This document shows positions 35,367-44,734 of a DNA stretch of 64,000 bases, in pieces. The DNA is from a virus. The notes beneath the pieces were generated by a model, which worked only from the letters and a program-made list of their open reading frames with translations, did no database searches and was not told the origin of the DNA. The stretch lies in IMG/VR virus record IMGVR_UViG_3300043122_000050; one strand, given 5' to 3'. Numbering within the stretch: position 1 is the first letter of the stretch; each line of letters opens with the position of its first letter. Position numbers and translations under genes: made by a program.

Positions 35367-35856
35367 TAGACTCTTGCACCCCTTCAAGACAAAGTTTATT
35401 CTCAGATTGACGCCTAAGAGTAAGACCTTTTAGCTTCTTACCCCCAGCTTTATCCCAACGCAGCAACTGATTACAAGCTCCAGCTCTGTCCCCACTATTC
35501 AACTTCTTGAGCAGTGTTGACTTAGAGAAAGCTCCAACACCTACGTTGTAAGTGAAAGAGAGGTAAGCAGCTTCTTCTTTCTCACTGATTGGAGTCTTGA
35601 TATACACCACCATCTTCTTGTGGTGTTCTGTAAGCTCTTCAGCAAGAGAATCTAGACACTCTTCACCTGTCTTGTAATCTCCCTTAGCCACACCTTTAGT
35701 TTCTCCGTAGCAGATAGTCCAGATTCCTACAGGGTCAAGATAGGCTTTATTACTAACCCCTTCATAGTAAGATACTGTGCCAGCCCCTGCTAAGACTAAA
35801 GCAGCACTCAGACCAATTCCTGACAAGTGTTTAGCTATCTTCTGATTAAATTTCAT
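35347..35856 (-). CDS. SAR-type endolysin (GH24 / T4-lysozyme fold)
   Basis: E-8-D-5-T catalytic spacing in YYEGVSNKAYLDPVGIWT. A weakly hydrophobic N-terminal signal-arrest helix rich in Gly and Ala. Confidence 0.8.
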   Translation of the reverse strand: MKFNQKIAKHLSGIGLSAALVLAGAGTVSYYEGVSNKAYLDPVGIWTICYGETKGVAKGDYKTGEECLDSLAEELTEHHKKMVVYIKTPISEKEEAAYLSFTYNVGVGAFSKSTLLKKLNSGDRAGACNQLLRWDKAGGKKLKGLTLRRQSENKLCLEGVQESNETSTK

Positions 35857-36770
35857 CAACTAATATCCTTGTACGGATTTATTTCAAAAGTGAATTCTAC
35901 CCACTTACTATCCTGTACAGGTATCCATCCTGAGAGGAAGCGCTTAACTAAGTTTCTCCAAGAAGTGTACCCATGATCGCTGCCGAGCCGTTTCCTTAAG
36001 AAGCTGTAGGTTATATCCTTATTATCTATCCAGACATCATATACTTTATCAGCATCAGCCCAAAACTTTAAGATACTGAGATCAGACTTGGCATGTGGCG
36101 TTTCCCATGGGCGTATATTTCGAAGTTTAGCCCTTTCAGATACGTCCGGCCTTGGCTTACCTTTCGACTTTTCAGACATTTTCTTTCTAGCCTCTTCAGA
36201 ATGGGTTTTACCCCTCATGGGACTGGGTTTGCCCTTATTCTTTTCGGATATCTTTTTCTTAGCCTCTTCAGAGTGCGTTTTACCATACATAGGGTTTCCT
36301 TCCCCAGTATTGTTAATTTTTGCCTTTTCTGATAAAATCTTTCTGGCCTTTTCTGAGTGAGTTCTACCTTTAAAAAAGCTGGGTTTACCTTTCTTGCTTC
36401 TAGACATTTTAATGCGAACTTCTTCCCGTTTCGAAGGGTTATTTTCACCTTTCTGATTCTCGGAGAATGCCGTTTTAAGGTTTTGATACTCTCTGGAAGA
36501 AACTTTATAACCCCTATCATTAGGGTCTATGGACATTTGATAGAGTGCAAAGAAGAGATTCTTCTGCTCTGGGTAAACCTTGCATAGTAATTTATGAGCT
36601 ATAAAGTGCTCTCTTCCTGTAAAGAGCACTAGGTTTTCGGCACTATCGTTACCACCCATGCATTTAGGCAGGACATGATGCTTTTCAAAGTAGCCTTCAA
36701 ATAGCCCCTTGTTTAAACCCCGTGGGGTTGCTCTTTCTACAAGAGAGTCGTAAACTCTTTTATAATTCAT
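35856..36770 (-). CDS. Free-standing HNH homing endonuclease with NUMOD3 repeats
   Basis: HHVLPKCMGGNDSAENLVLFTGREHFIAH (HNH). Three to four repeats of G..H(S/T)EEA(K/R)KK(I/M)SEK.KGK. Confidence 0.8.
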   Translation of the reverse strand: MNYKRVYDSLVERATPRGLNKGLFEGYFEKHHVLPKCMGGNDSAENLVLFTGREHFIAHKLLCKVYPEQKNLFFALYQMSIDPNDRGYKVSSREYQNLKTAFSENQKGENNPSKREEVRIKMSRSKKGKPSFFKGRTHSEKARKILSEKAKINNTGEGNPMYGKTHSEEAKKKISEKNKGKPSPMRGKTHSEEARKKMSEKSKGKPRPDVSERAKLRNIRPWETPHAKSDLSILKFWADADKVYDVWIDNKDITYSFLRKRLGSDHGYTSWRNLVKRFLSGWIPVQDSKWVEFTFEINPYKDIS

Positions 36771-36781
36771 TGCAAACCCTC

Positions 36782-37402
36782 CTATACTATGGATTTGTAA
36801 AGGGAAATTTCAAAAGTGAAACCCTTGAAGTATTTATACTCTTGCTCTGAAGGGTAAGCTTTGAAATTGTCTTGTAAGTCAAACTTATTCCCAAGCTGGA
36901 TTACAACAGCATGAGTGTCAGACCATTTCCATTTCCAAACACCGTAGAATGTGTAATATTTGCCACACTTCAAGAATTGCCATCCTGTAGACCTAAGATC
37001 ATCACGAACATAATCCTGACCAGCAATCTTCTCTACGATGCCCTTACGAACATCACAAGCAAGAATGAAGCGTTTGAAGTAGTTGAAAGGGTTACGGAAA
37101 GCCATCCACCAATATTGCCCAAGAAAAGATGTATTCTTTAAACCAAATGGGATATCCCTTGAAGCCCAACGAAAGTTGTCATCCCCTAATGTACCATCAA
37201 TTTTATTGTTCCAGAACAGGGCAAACTTGGGTAGTGTTCTCAACCACCATTCATTTACACCATCTGTTCTATAGGTAAGCTCTTTCTTTGAATCATCTAC
37301 AAATAGTAGGAAAATGGGTATAAAGAAGACACCCAATACAATCCCTACAAGTTGTGTAATGAATTGAAAGAGCCACAAAAGCGTAGCCCTTACAATGTTC
37401 AC
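36782..37402 (-). CDS. Hypothetical membrane-anchored protein, 206 aa, GTG start
   Basis: N-terminal TM region. Trp/Phe-rich body. Confidence 0.6.
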   Translation of the reverse strand: MNIVRATLLWLFQFITQLVGIVLGVFFIPIFLLFVDDSKKELTYRTDGVNEWWLRTLPKFALFWNNKIDGTLGDDNFRWASRDIPFGLKNTSFLGQYWWMAFRNPFNYFKRFILACDVRKGIVEKIAGQDYVRDDLRSTGWQFLKCGKYYTFYGVWKWKWSDTHAVVIQLGNKFDLQDNFKAYPSEQEYKYFKGFTFEISLYKSIV

Positions 37403-37404
37403 TG

Positions 37405-37785
37405 TTATAACTCTCTTGCTTTAAGGAATAGATCATCAAGCGATTGGTTGTCAAGCTCAAGTGCTGCACCTAGAAGAGTGACAAAGGGGGAATCACGATG
37501 TACCTCGCTTGCATAATCCCATTCAATACGAGCCGCAGTGCGAGGTGGCTCTGGGAGTGTATTAATTGCAAGTTCTACTGTTGCAAGCCTACCTGTATTA
37601 TGCAAAGCAAGGCGAGCCTGCCTCATAGTAACCTTGGTGGGTATACGCGCAACGGGTATCCAAGTGCCGTTGACATACTTGGAGTTGGCATCATCAGGTG
37701 GACTTGGAACCTCTATAGCATCCTCTGGGATATCTTCTGACCAACCACCAAGATAAACTCCTTCAGCATTAGTACAGTATTTCAT
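37405..37785 (-). CDS. Tail-fibre accessory/assembly-like protein. Start moved to 37785
   Basis: ATGA overlap with the fibre gene's stop, with GAGGG upstream. The C-terminal RQARLAL...W...LF..A..L block is typical of fibre-associated small proteins. Confidence 0.5.
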   Translation of the reverse strand: MKYCTNAEGVYLGGWSEDIPEDAIEVPSPPDDANSKYVNGTWIPVARIPTKVTMRQARLALHNTGRLATVELAINTLPEPPRTAARIEWDYASEVHRDSPFVTLLGAALELDNQSLDDLFLKAREL

Positions 37786-38591
37786 GCCCATGCCCTCAGT
37801 ACAAATCTCCAATTACCTACAGTAATTGAAGCAGATGAGCCAGTTGTTTTATTGATAATTACTGGCGGTGCCGATCCAAACCTCACATAAAGGTTTGTAG
37901 CATCCTTGACCACAGATGTACCGACACCTACTGTAGAAGAGGAGTCCCCATAAAATCCCATTACCAACACATCTCCAATTGAGTAACCATGCTCTGCCGT
38001 CTTACATACGTATTCTCCAGCAAGAAGTTTAGGAGAGGCTGATAGTGAGTGTGCTATTGTTAATGATCCAGCAAGTGTAATAACTTGTTCGGAGCTGGTA
38101 AAACCTTTAGTAAAAGGTAGTGCAGCTATTACTGCATCCACTCCAAGATTTGTGCGAGCAGTTGCAGCATTGGGGAGGTCACTAAGGTTATTGGATCGTT
38201 GCGTATAACGAGTATCACCAGCAGCTTGAGTAAGGAATGCTCCTACATCAGCAAATGCAACAGTCCAGTATGTATCTGTACCATCAGTGGTAGGATTACT
38301 TACTACACTAGAGGGGCCACTGGCTGCAACAGACTTATAAACCTTACCGTCACTACCTTGAACATAAGATAGTCCACCGGCTTCATAGTTAGTAAGTCCG
38401 TCCCAAGCAGGGATACCACGCTGGTTAATGTGAGCAAGATATTCATCTTGTCTATTTTGAATCCAGTTTTCAAACTGGTGCGGGGGAACTTCTACAGTCC
38501 ACCCCTGTTGCTTTTTGAGGTCAGATGGTTCTACAATATCCCCACCTGAAGCCCAAACCTGTTGCATATTAGGCTTTGTAATTAATGCCAT
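37782..38591 (-). CDS. Tail fibre protein
   Basis: The N-terminus ..VWASGGDIVEPSDLKKQQGW....PP.QF.NW....DEYL resembles widespread phage fibre N-termini. Its position is consistent. Confidence 0.6.
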   Translation of the reverse strand: MALITKPNMQQVWASGGDIVEPSDLKKQQGWTVEVPPHQFENWIQNRQDEYLAHINQRGIPAWDGLTNYEAGGLSYVQGSDGKVYKSVAASGPSSVVSNPTTDGTDTYWTVAFADVGAFLTQAAGDTRYTQRSNNLSDLPNAATARTNLGVDAVIAALPFTKGFTSSEQVITLAGSLTIAHSLSASPKLLAGEYVCKTAEHGYSIGDVLVMGFYGDSSSTVGVGTSVVKDATNLYVRFGSAPPVIINKTTGSSASITVGNWRFVLRAWA

Positions 38592-38648
38592 TATTTTATT
38601 TCCTTAAATTGATCTTTACGGGAGTGTAATATTTTCAACAACACATGC

Positions 38649-38873
38649 TCACCCAAAAACCCTCCACGGGCTTACTGGCTCAGATCGCACGACATTCTCA
38701 GGCCATTCGATAGGGTCATGCGAGCGCACATTAAAATGCCAGCCTTCCCTATTGGTGCTTGTTTCGGTTTCCGCGTCGTAGTCTGACCAAGTGCCGATAA
38801 CGTCAAGAGTTGCACCTTCTGGAATTTCAGGCATATCGGCTTCGGTTGGTACGCTTAAGTAGTAGTCGATCAT
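38649..38873 (-). CDS. Small protein, 74 aa, in the GC-rich fibre island
   Basis: GGAG RBS. ATGA overlap with the upstream fibre ORF. Confidence 0.6.
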   Translation of the reverse strand: MIDYYLSVPTEADMPEIPEGATLDVIGTWSDYDAETETSTNREGWHFNVRSHDPIEWPENVVRSEPVSPWRVFG

Positions 38874-40070
38874 GCGGTGATCTCCTGTAATTCGGAGTCG
38901 GCTAGACGGCTTGGGAAATAGCGGATATGTTTGATATGCCCAGTGAAGGGCACTCCGCCTGTCCGGAGACCAATTCTCAGTTGGTTAATCCCTGACGGGA
39001 GGGCCGAATATGCAGCCGACCCAAGTAGGTCACCCCCTTCTGCGAGGGTGCCAGTCGTAGCGTCGTAGGTGAGCGCTACCCGCGAAATAGTGCCAATACT
39101 CAACTGGTTGTTCGCTTCAATGATGCTGCCTGCCACGCCTCCGGCGTTTCTGCCTGCCGCTATAGATTTCAGCGGACCCCAACTGCGAATCTCAATGACG
39201 TTCGCCGTAGTGCCGTCATCCAATCTTAGCCAGCCAGTGTTGGCTGCCGGCGCAAACCCCGATGGCGCTGCCTCCACAAACAACGTCCCCTCATCCGCCC
39301 GATACCAAGGCGACAGCGTGTTAACACTCGCGATATCGCTTGCCCTGGTGACCTGTGCGTCTGTCGTGTGTATGAGAGAGGTGGGGAAGGCGCCTGCTTC
39401 GAGTTGGGCGCCCCAGATGTAGATGCCGGAGGTGCCGTCTCCTTGATATAAACGGTTAGCCCATAGACCATCTTTTGATATGCGGAAATCGGGACTGAGG
39501 GCGCTCGTATCAACAGCAGTCGCTGTTACGGAAACCTTCCACCAACCACTCCCAACATTTGTTGCGGAGTAAGATGTAGGCGACCCACTCACAACTGTAG
39601 CGACTCCAGTGGAGAGGTTTACACCGATGAAGGGGGGCAGTAGAAATTCCCCCTCCGACAAATCCGGCCATTACGAAGCCACGCTCAGCAGCTTTTACAA
39701 ATCCAGAATAAGTGTACGCCTGCCCGGCAGTCGGCATGACTGATCTGCCTAGCGTGTGATTACTAAGCGATGAATCCTCTTGCAGCTTAGATGCTGTGAG
39801 TGTGCCATCAGGAGAAAGCACAGCATTTGCAACCACAGTCGATGCCAATTTAGTCCAAACCGCATTCGCAAAATCATTCGAATACGTCAGCAAATTCGTC
39901 CGCTGCTCTTCAATCAAGATGCCAAGCGGAGCACCTGTCACTGGGTCGTGATCGAATCGTGGCTGGTTTACTGCGGCAACTTGCAGCATGCCGTTAGCGT
40001 CAAAGTAGGTGCCGGTTGATGATCTGGTGAAGGTGATAATATCACCAAAGGGTTTATTAACCATCGTCAT
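38870..40070 (-). pseudogene. Tail fibre / receptor-binding-like gene split by a 1-nt frameshift at a G5 run (plus-strand C5 at 39649-39653)
   Basis: ORFs 39510..40070 and 38870..39661 overlap in different frames. Removing one G gives a continuous 1200-nt (399-aa) ORF reading ..GFVGGGEFLLPPFIGVNLSTG.. Confidence 0.6.
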
Positions 40071-40082
40071 ATAAAATTCTCA

Positions 40083-40901
40083 CTAGAATAGTGTTGCATA
40101 TTTACCTCCTCCAACTATTGTGTAAGATGTTTCGTATACGATATACTGCTGGTTAGCAAAATCGAGAATAAGAGATTCCTCTAAGGGGATATCTTCCACT
40201 AAATCTCCATAACCTTTAGCTCCGGGAATCCCTTGAAACCCAAAGAAATTATCACTTGAAAACTGCCCATAGTTAACTTTCACCCCTACAGGTTTAGGGA
40301 TGAATGGGACATCATACCCTTCTGAATTTGTGGTGTAAGTTAGTAGTGCTCTCTCAAAAGAATTAAGCTCTTTACCGACGAGAATAGTGAACTCAGCATT
40401 ACCCTCTGTAATTACAGAATTGAGTGTTGTACCATACACAAAACCAATGAAATTTAGAAAATCATTCGGTGTGGCGTTAGTTCTATTCTTTAGAATCTTA
40501 GCTTTAATGAATAATCTATACTGTTCATCATTAAGAAGTGTGTTACCAGCTAGAGGATCACCAAGTGAATACCAAGTACCTCCTACACTACCATCGTTTA
40601 AATCCCCATAACTCTTACCATCTAGTACCCCATCAAATGCAAAATACTCTAGGAGGGCTGTGTCAATAAGTACTCTCGGTTGTCCTACAATATCCCCAAG
40701 AATGTCTAGTTGAACACCTTCAGCAGTGTCAATACTTCTCTTCTGCATAAGGTCTTTCAAGGCAAGTTGCACATCAATACTATTTTCAAGCATTAGCTGT
40801 ACAAACTTATCGAACATTGGCTTATTCTTGAAGACTTCTGTGTAACGACTTCTAGCTTCTTCTAGGTATTCAACAACTTCAAATTCATTTATCTCACTCA
40901 T
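40083..40901 (-). CDS. Baseplate-associated protein (DUF2612-like position, downstream of gpJ)
   Basis: GAGGGGA RBS. Gene order J-like then this gene then fibres. The family assignment is from memory only. Confidence 0.45.
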   Translation of the reverse strand: MSEINEFEVVEYLEEARSRYTEVFKNKPMFDKFVQLMLENSIDVQLALKDLMQKRSIDTAEGVQLDILGDIVGQPRVLIDTALLEYFAFDGVLDGKSYGDLNDGSVGGTWYSLGDPLAGNTLLNDEQYRLFIKAKILKNRTNATPNDFLNFIGFVYGTTLNSVITEGNAEFTILVGKELNSFERALLTYTTNSEGYDVPFIPKPVGVKVNYGQFSSDNFFGFQGIPGAKGYGDLVEDIPLEESLILDFANQQYIVYETSYTIVGGGKYATLF

Positions 40902-40908
40902 AATCCCC

Positions 40909-42354
40909 TCATACGAAAGTAATAGCTAAGTAGTCAGTCATTGCAAGCTCATCAAAATCAATAGTGAGGTTGGACATTCCTACAGGTGAAGGGGAGGTTG
41001 AGATATTTAAGCTGTTAACTTGATGACCCGGAATACTGTTGATTGGGGTATAAAGTCTACTATATACAACATCATCACCAATCTTCAGATTACCGATATA
41101 TTGAATAAGTGCATCTCTAATAGCATCCTCCCCATTAAGAGGGAATTGGGAGTTGGTGGTAAGAGACAGTTCAATATAGATTGTTACAGGAACAGGTCTT
41201 GAGAAGTTAACATCATGAGGCAACCTTTGAGTGTCCAAGACAGTCACTGTAGTATTCCCTTGACTCAGAATCCCAATCGGTTTATTACCCCAAATGGCCT
41301 GAGCAATAGCAGAGCCTAAACCTCCATCTACAATGGTTAAGAAACTATGACCTAGTACACCATTACCATCAGTGACATTGGTGTCATTCTCATAGATTCT
41401 GAGGTCTTGTACACCCGGAATGCCAAGAATTGCACTATAAAGAGCTTCGGTTACGTTAGTAGACTTGTCGAACTTAGAGTTTCTAAACCTTTCTCTCAGT
41501 TCTGAATCTGTCTCAATGAAACTACCAATAGCAGCCTCTACAGGGTTGCTTATAGAGTCCCATCCGAGTACAGGAGTGGAAATGGTATCAATAGTGTCCA
41601 CTGGTTGCTCTACAGGGCCAACCTCATCTCCGGTAAACACCAGAGGTTTAATCACTTTTATGATGCCGAGGTTAGCAGAACTGGAGTAGGTGAATAGCTG
41701 GAAAGGGTCAACACTCTCAACATATAATATGTTGTTAACTACTGATGTTTTTAAAGCTGGGAAGCTGCCTGCAATTAGCACTTCAAACTGATTAAACAGA
41801 GAAAGGAGCGTTGTACCACTCATGGGAGTAGTGACACTAACATCAATGTTGGTGATATCATTAGCTTCTCTATACGACAATGTATACACTGTATTGTTTG
41901 TCACTGAGATAGGGTTAACACCTACACCAGTAGCACTGACAACAGATAGCTGAGTAAGGAGTAAGTTTGAATACGTCTTACCACTAGTGGAGCTTGTAAC
42001 CTTTGAGTTTGCAGGGATAATAATGTTTGTACTCCCTGTAACAAGGCAAGTAGCTCTTGTAGGGGAAGACGGGATTCTTGTAATACCACCAAGAGCAACA
42101 ATGTTATCCAGAGCAACCCCAACTGCTGTGTTTGGATTGAAAGCGTCGTACACTTGCTGTACAGCTTCCCACAGATCAGCCCCTGACGGTGCTACAACAC
42201 CAATCTGCCTACCAATGGCAGAGTTGTCTTCTACGTTAACAACTTCGCCTTCAGGCACTGTATCTGCCCAGATTTCTCTAGCTTTATCTCTAAGTTCTTC
42301 AACAACCTCTGGCAGTCTGAGAACTGTAAGTCCTTCTGGTGTAAGTCCTGCCAT
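40909..42354 (-). CDS. Baseplate J-like protein
   Basis: Size of 481 aa and position after the gp25/W-like gene. The N-terminal ..VE.LR......W pattern is typical of gpJ/gp6-like wedge proteins. Confidence 0.6.
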   Translation of the reverse strand: MAGLTPEGLTVLRLPEVVEELRDKAREIWADTVPEGEVVNVEDNSAIGRQIGVVAPSGADLWEAVQQVYDAFNPNTAVGVALDNIVALGGITRIPSSPTRATCLVTGSTNIIIPANSKVTSSTSGKTYSNLLLTQLSVVSATGVGVNPISVTNNTVYTLSYREANDITNIDVSVTTPMSGTTLLSLFNQFEVLIAGSFPALKTSVVNNILYVESVDPFQLFTYSSSANLGIIKVIKPLVFTGDEVGPVEQPVDTIDTISTPVLGWDSISNPVEAAIGSFIETDSELRERFRNSKFDKSTNVTEALYSAILGIPGVQDLRIYENDTNVTDGNGVLGHSFLTIVDGGLGSAIAQAIWGNKPIGILSQGNTTVTVLDTQRLPHDVNFSRPVPVTIYIELSLTTNSQFPLNGEDAIRDALIQYIGNLKIGDDVVYSRLYTPINSIPGHQVNSLNISTSPSPVGMSNLTIDFDELAMTDYLAITFV

Positions 42355-42355
42355 T

Positions 42356-42739
42356 TTAGGCTCCTGCGTTCACTTGGATATTATTTGTAATCTGCCCCAG
42401 AGTTGTTCTAACTCTGAAGTTTATTGTGTATGTTCTACCATTGGAGACATCACTAAAGAACTCTGTAAGTTCTACAACATCAGGCTCTTCTAGAATCTTT
42501 TGTTGGAAGATAAGGTCGATGGTTTGTTTGTTCCTCACCTTACCAAATATCTCTTGGTAATAGGGAACACCGTTGTCTGTGTTGATAAACCACTCACCTA
42601 GAAAGGTAGATAGCTTTATCTTCAACTTCTGTGCTACACTGTCAGCTTGATCTAGTGTAGTAGTGGCTCCGGTGTTGTCGTACAATAAATCTCCATAAGT
42701 AGGAGATAGAGGATCATCATCTAATCGCATATCTGTCAT
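42356..42739 (-). CDS. Baseplate wedge protein (gp25 / GPW-like)
   Basis: 127 aa. The ..LKIKLSTFLGEWF.N...G.PY.. block resembles GPW_gp25. Confidence 0.65.
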   Translation of the reverse strand: MTDMRLDDDPLSPTYGDLLYDNTGATTTLDQADSVAQKLKIKLSTFLGEWFINTDNGVPYYQEIFGKVRNKQTIDLIFQQKILEEPDVVELTEFFSDVSNGRTYTINFRVRTTLGQITNNIQVNAGA

Positions 42740-42752
42740 ATTTATCTCCTAG

Positions 42753-43502
42753 TTATTGAGGGACGGATGTATTACTTAGGCCGGGTTGAACACCACCATG
42801 TACGTGAGCATTCATGTTGATACCATCTAGAGAGTAAACACCTAGTTGTGTAAGTGCTCCGTTCAGGGTAACATCCCCATTGAATGTAAGGTTTCCACTC
42901 CACTCAGTTGCTGGACAATTGATGGTTGTAGAAGCGCTGACATTGACAACTGCTTTCTGACACTCTACAGTGATAGCAGTGGGTGATTTGAGAAGTACAC
43001 TCCCATCTGGACGCATTCTCAGCTCAACCTCTGCACCACCCAAGTTATGAGCAACCACCAAATCACTTGTTGAATGAGGAAGACTTCTTACGGTAGCATT
43101 ATTAATAGACTCAGAGAATGGGAATAATCCGGGGATTGCTATTGCATCCCTTTTGTCAAACTTCCTAAAGTCTGTTGGTGTTACAAACCTTGAGTCTGAA
43201 CTTGAGTTCTTGAATGTGTCTAGTCCACGTTGACTGAATACGCACAACACCGTATCACCAATACTGATTGGGAATGTCAAGGCTGATGTAGAGCTAGATG
43301 GGAATATCACTGGAATACTAAGGATTGGAGGGTGTTGCTCTACAGTGTCATTCTTAAATCTCTTATTAACTACAGGCTGTACATCTAGCATCTGAGAAGC
43401 AATGTTAGAGTTACCAACCACTACACAAGGGAGGCAAGTATAGATGTTGCTCATCTGTGATAAGAAGCCTGTACGAGACAACTCTTCAAAAACATCATTC
43501 AT
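42753..43502 (-). CDS. Baseplate spike/plug (gpV / Mu gp45-like)
   Basis: C-terminus ..NAHVHGGVQPGLSNTSVPQ and its position before the W-like gene. Confidence 0.55.
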   Translation of the reverse strand: MNDVFEELSRTGFLSQMSNIYTCLPCVVVGNSNIASQMLDVQPVVNKRFKNDTVEQHPPILSIPVIFPSSSTSALTFPISIGDTVLCVFSQRGLDTFKNSSSDSRFVTPTDFRKFDKRDAIAIPGLFPFSESINNATVRSLPHSTSDLVVAHNLGGAEVELRMRPDGSVLLKSPTAITVECQKAVVNVSASTTINCPATEWSGNLTFNGDVTLNGALTQLGVYSLDGINMNAHVHGGVQPGLSNTSVPQ

Positions 43503-44392
43503 GATGGTATATCTCCATTTAGTATCTCTTCACAGAAGCAGTCAATATACCAATCATTATCGTTATAACCACCATAATATCTAGCGTTCACAACTCTGAA
43601 TGTTCCTGTGATAAGAGTACTCTGAATGACTACAGGACTTCCGGGGAAGATTCTTCCGTTCAAGAGAGCTTTGAATTGAACTCCTTTACGCTTAGTCTTA
43701 TCTCCTTTCAGCTTAGCCCCATCTGCTGTAGTTCTGTAAGGGATATCAATAAGACCAGTGTTTTCACTTAGGATGAAAGCTGTAGTGAGGTTCTTATCTG
43801 TAAGCTGTGATTCATCTGAGACATATAAAGCATCCCTGTCAATCCGATACTCCATACGATTAGCTTCACACACTTCACTAAGCATTTGTCTAGGAGTTCC
43901 TGTTAGGGGATATCCATACAGACACTGTTGGTTCTTATTTAGTCCAACATAACCACCTTTTACAATACCGGGCATCTGCTTTCTAATCTCTTCAATTGTT
44001 TGTTCAACTGTAGAGCCAGCAGGAGTAACACCTTTCAAGTATTGTTGGTTAAGCTCAATGTACCCTTCACCAATAACAATAGTAGTAACTTTATCTGTAC
44101 CGCTACGTCTTGTAGTTACTTGAGTGACTTGTCCTGTAATCAAATTCACAAGACCAGTATCCTCATAACCACAAGACAGACTCACTCCTAAATACTCAGT
44201 TGAGTCTAGTTTAGCAATAGTGTTATTGGAGAGGTTATACACTTCAATATTAGCTGAGTTACTTTTTCTTTTATTATCGCTTGACTTACTTACATCAAAG
44301 GTGACTTGAAGATTAGTGATACTGATAGCGTCTTTATTCTTACTTTTGTAATCACCTAAGATCAGCTCATAAATACGCTGTCTCTGTAGCAT
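43499..44392 (-). CDS. Baseplate hub-like protein, 297 aa
   Basis: Assignment by position (between the TMP-distal genes and the spike). No motif recognised. Confidence 0.4.
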   Translation of the reverse strand: MLQRQRIYELILGDYKSKNKDAISITNLQVTFDVSKSSDNKRKSNSANIEVYNLSNNTIAKLDSTEYLGVSLSCGYEDTGLVNLITGQVTQVTTRRSGTDKVTTIVIGEGYIELNQQYLKGVTPAGSTVEQTIEEIRKQMPGIVKGGYVGLNKNQQCLYGYPLTGTPRQMLSEVCEANRMEYRIDRDALYVSDESQLTDKNLTTAFILSENTGLIDIPYRTTADGAKLKGDKTKRKGVQFKALLNGRIFPGSPVVIQSTLITGTFRVVNARYYGGYNDNDWYIDCFCEEILNGDIPS

Positions 44393-44733
44393 TAATCTTC
44401 TTCCTCATAAATATAAAATAGTCTGTAGTATTGGGCAAGAGCTTCTGGAGAAGTGTCTAGCTTATCCGTAACGAAATCCCCGCTGTCTACCAGAACAAAG
44501 TACCCATTGATGCCAAGGCCCTGAAGCTGATAGTCAGCTAGGATAGGGTAGTAAGGGACGATTTTAATGCCTAGAACAATAGGAGTTAGATCATCCTGCT
44601 TAACATCTAGATACCAAGAGGATGTTCTATCTTGCCAACGGAATGTGATCACTCTTGCTTCATCTTCTAAAGCAATACGGTATTCGTAGAAGGAGTCTGA
44701 ATAGAGGGGAAGCTCTGTAAATTTCTGAGCCAC
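44392..44733 (-). CDS. Tail/baseplate protein, 113 aa, GTG start
   Basis: GGGGG RBS. Assignment by position. Confidence 0.5.
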   Translation of the reverse strand: MAQKFTELPLYSDSFYEYRIALEDEARVITFRWQDRTSSWYLDVKQDDLTPIVLGIKIVPYYPILADYQLQGLGINGYFVLVDSGDFVTDKLDTSPEALAQYYRLFYIYEEED

Positions 44734-44734
44734 G

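Noticed and set aside
37400-40100. A diversity-generating retroelement or invertible segment acting on the fibre genes
   Set aside because: I could find no reverse transcriptase ORF, no template/variable repeat pair and no flanking inverted repeats in or near the fibre cluster.
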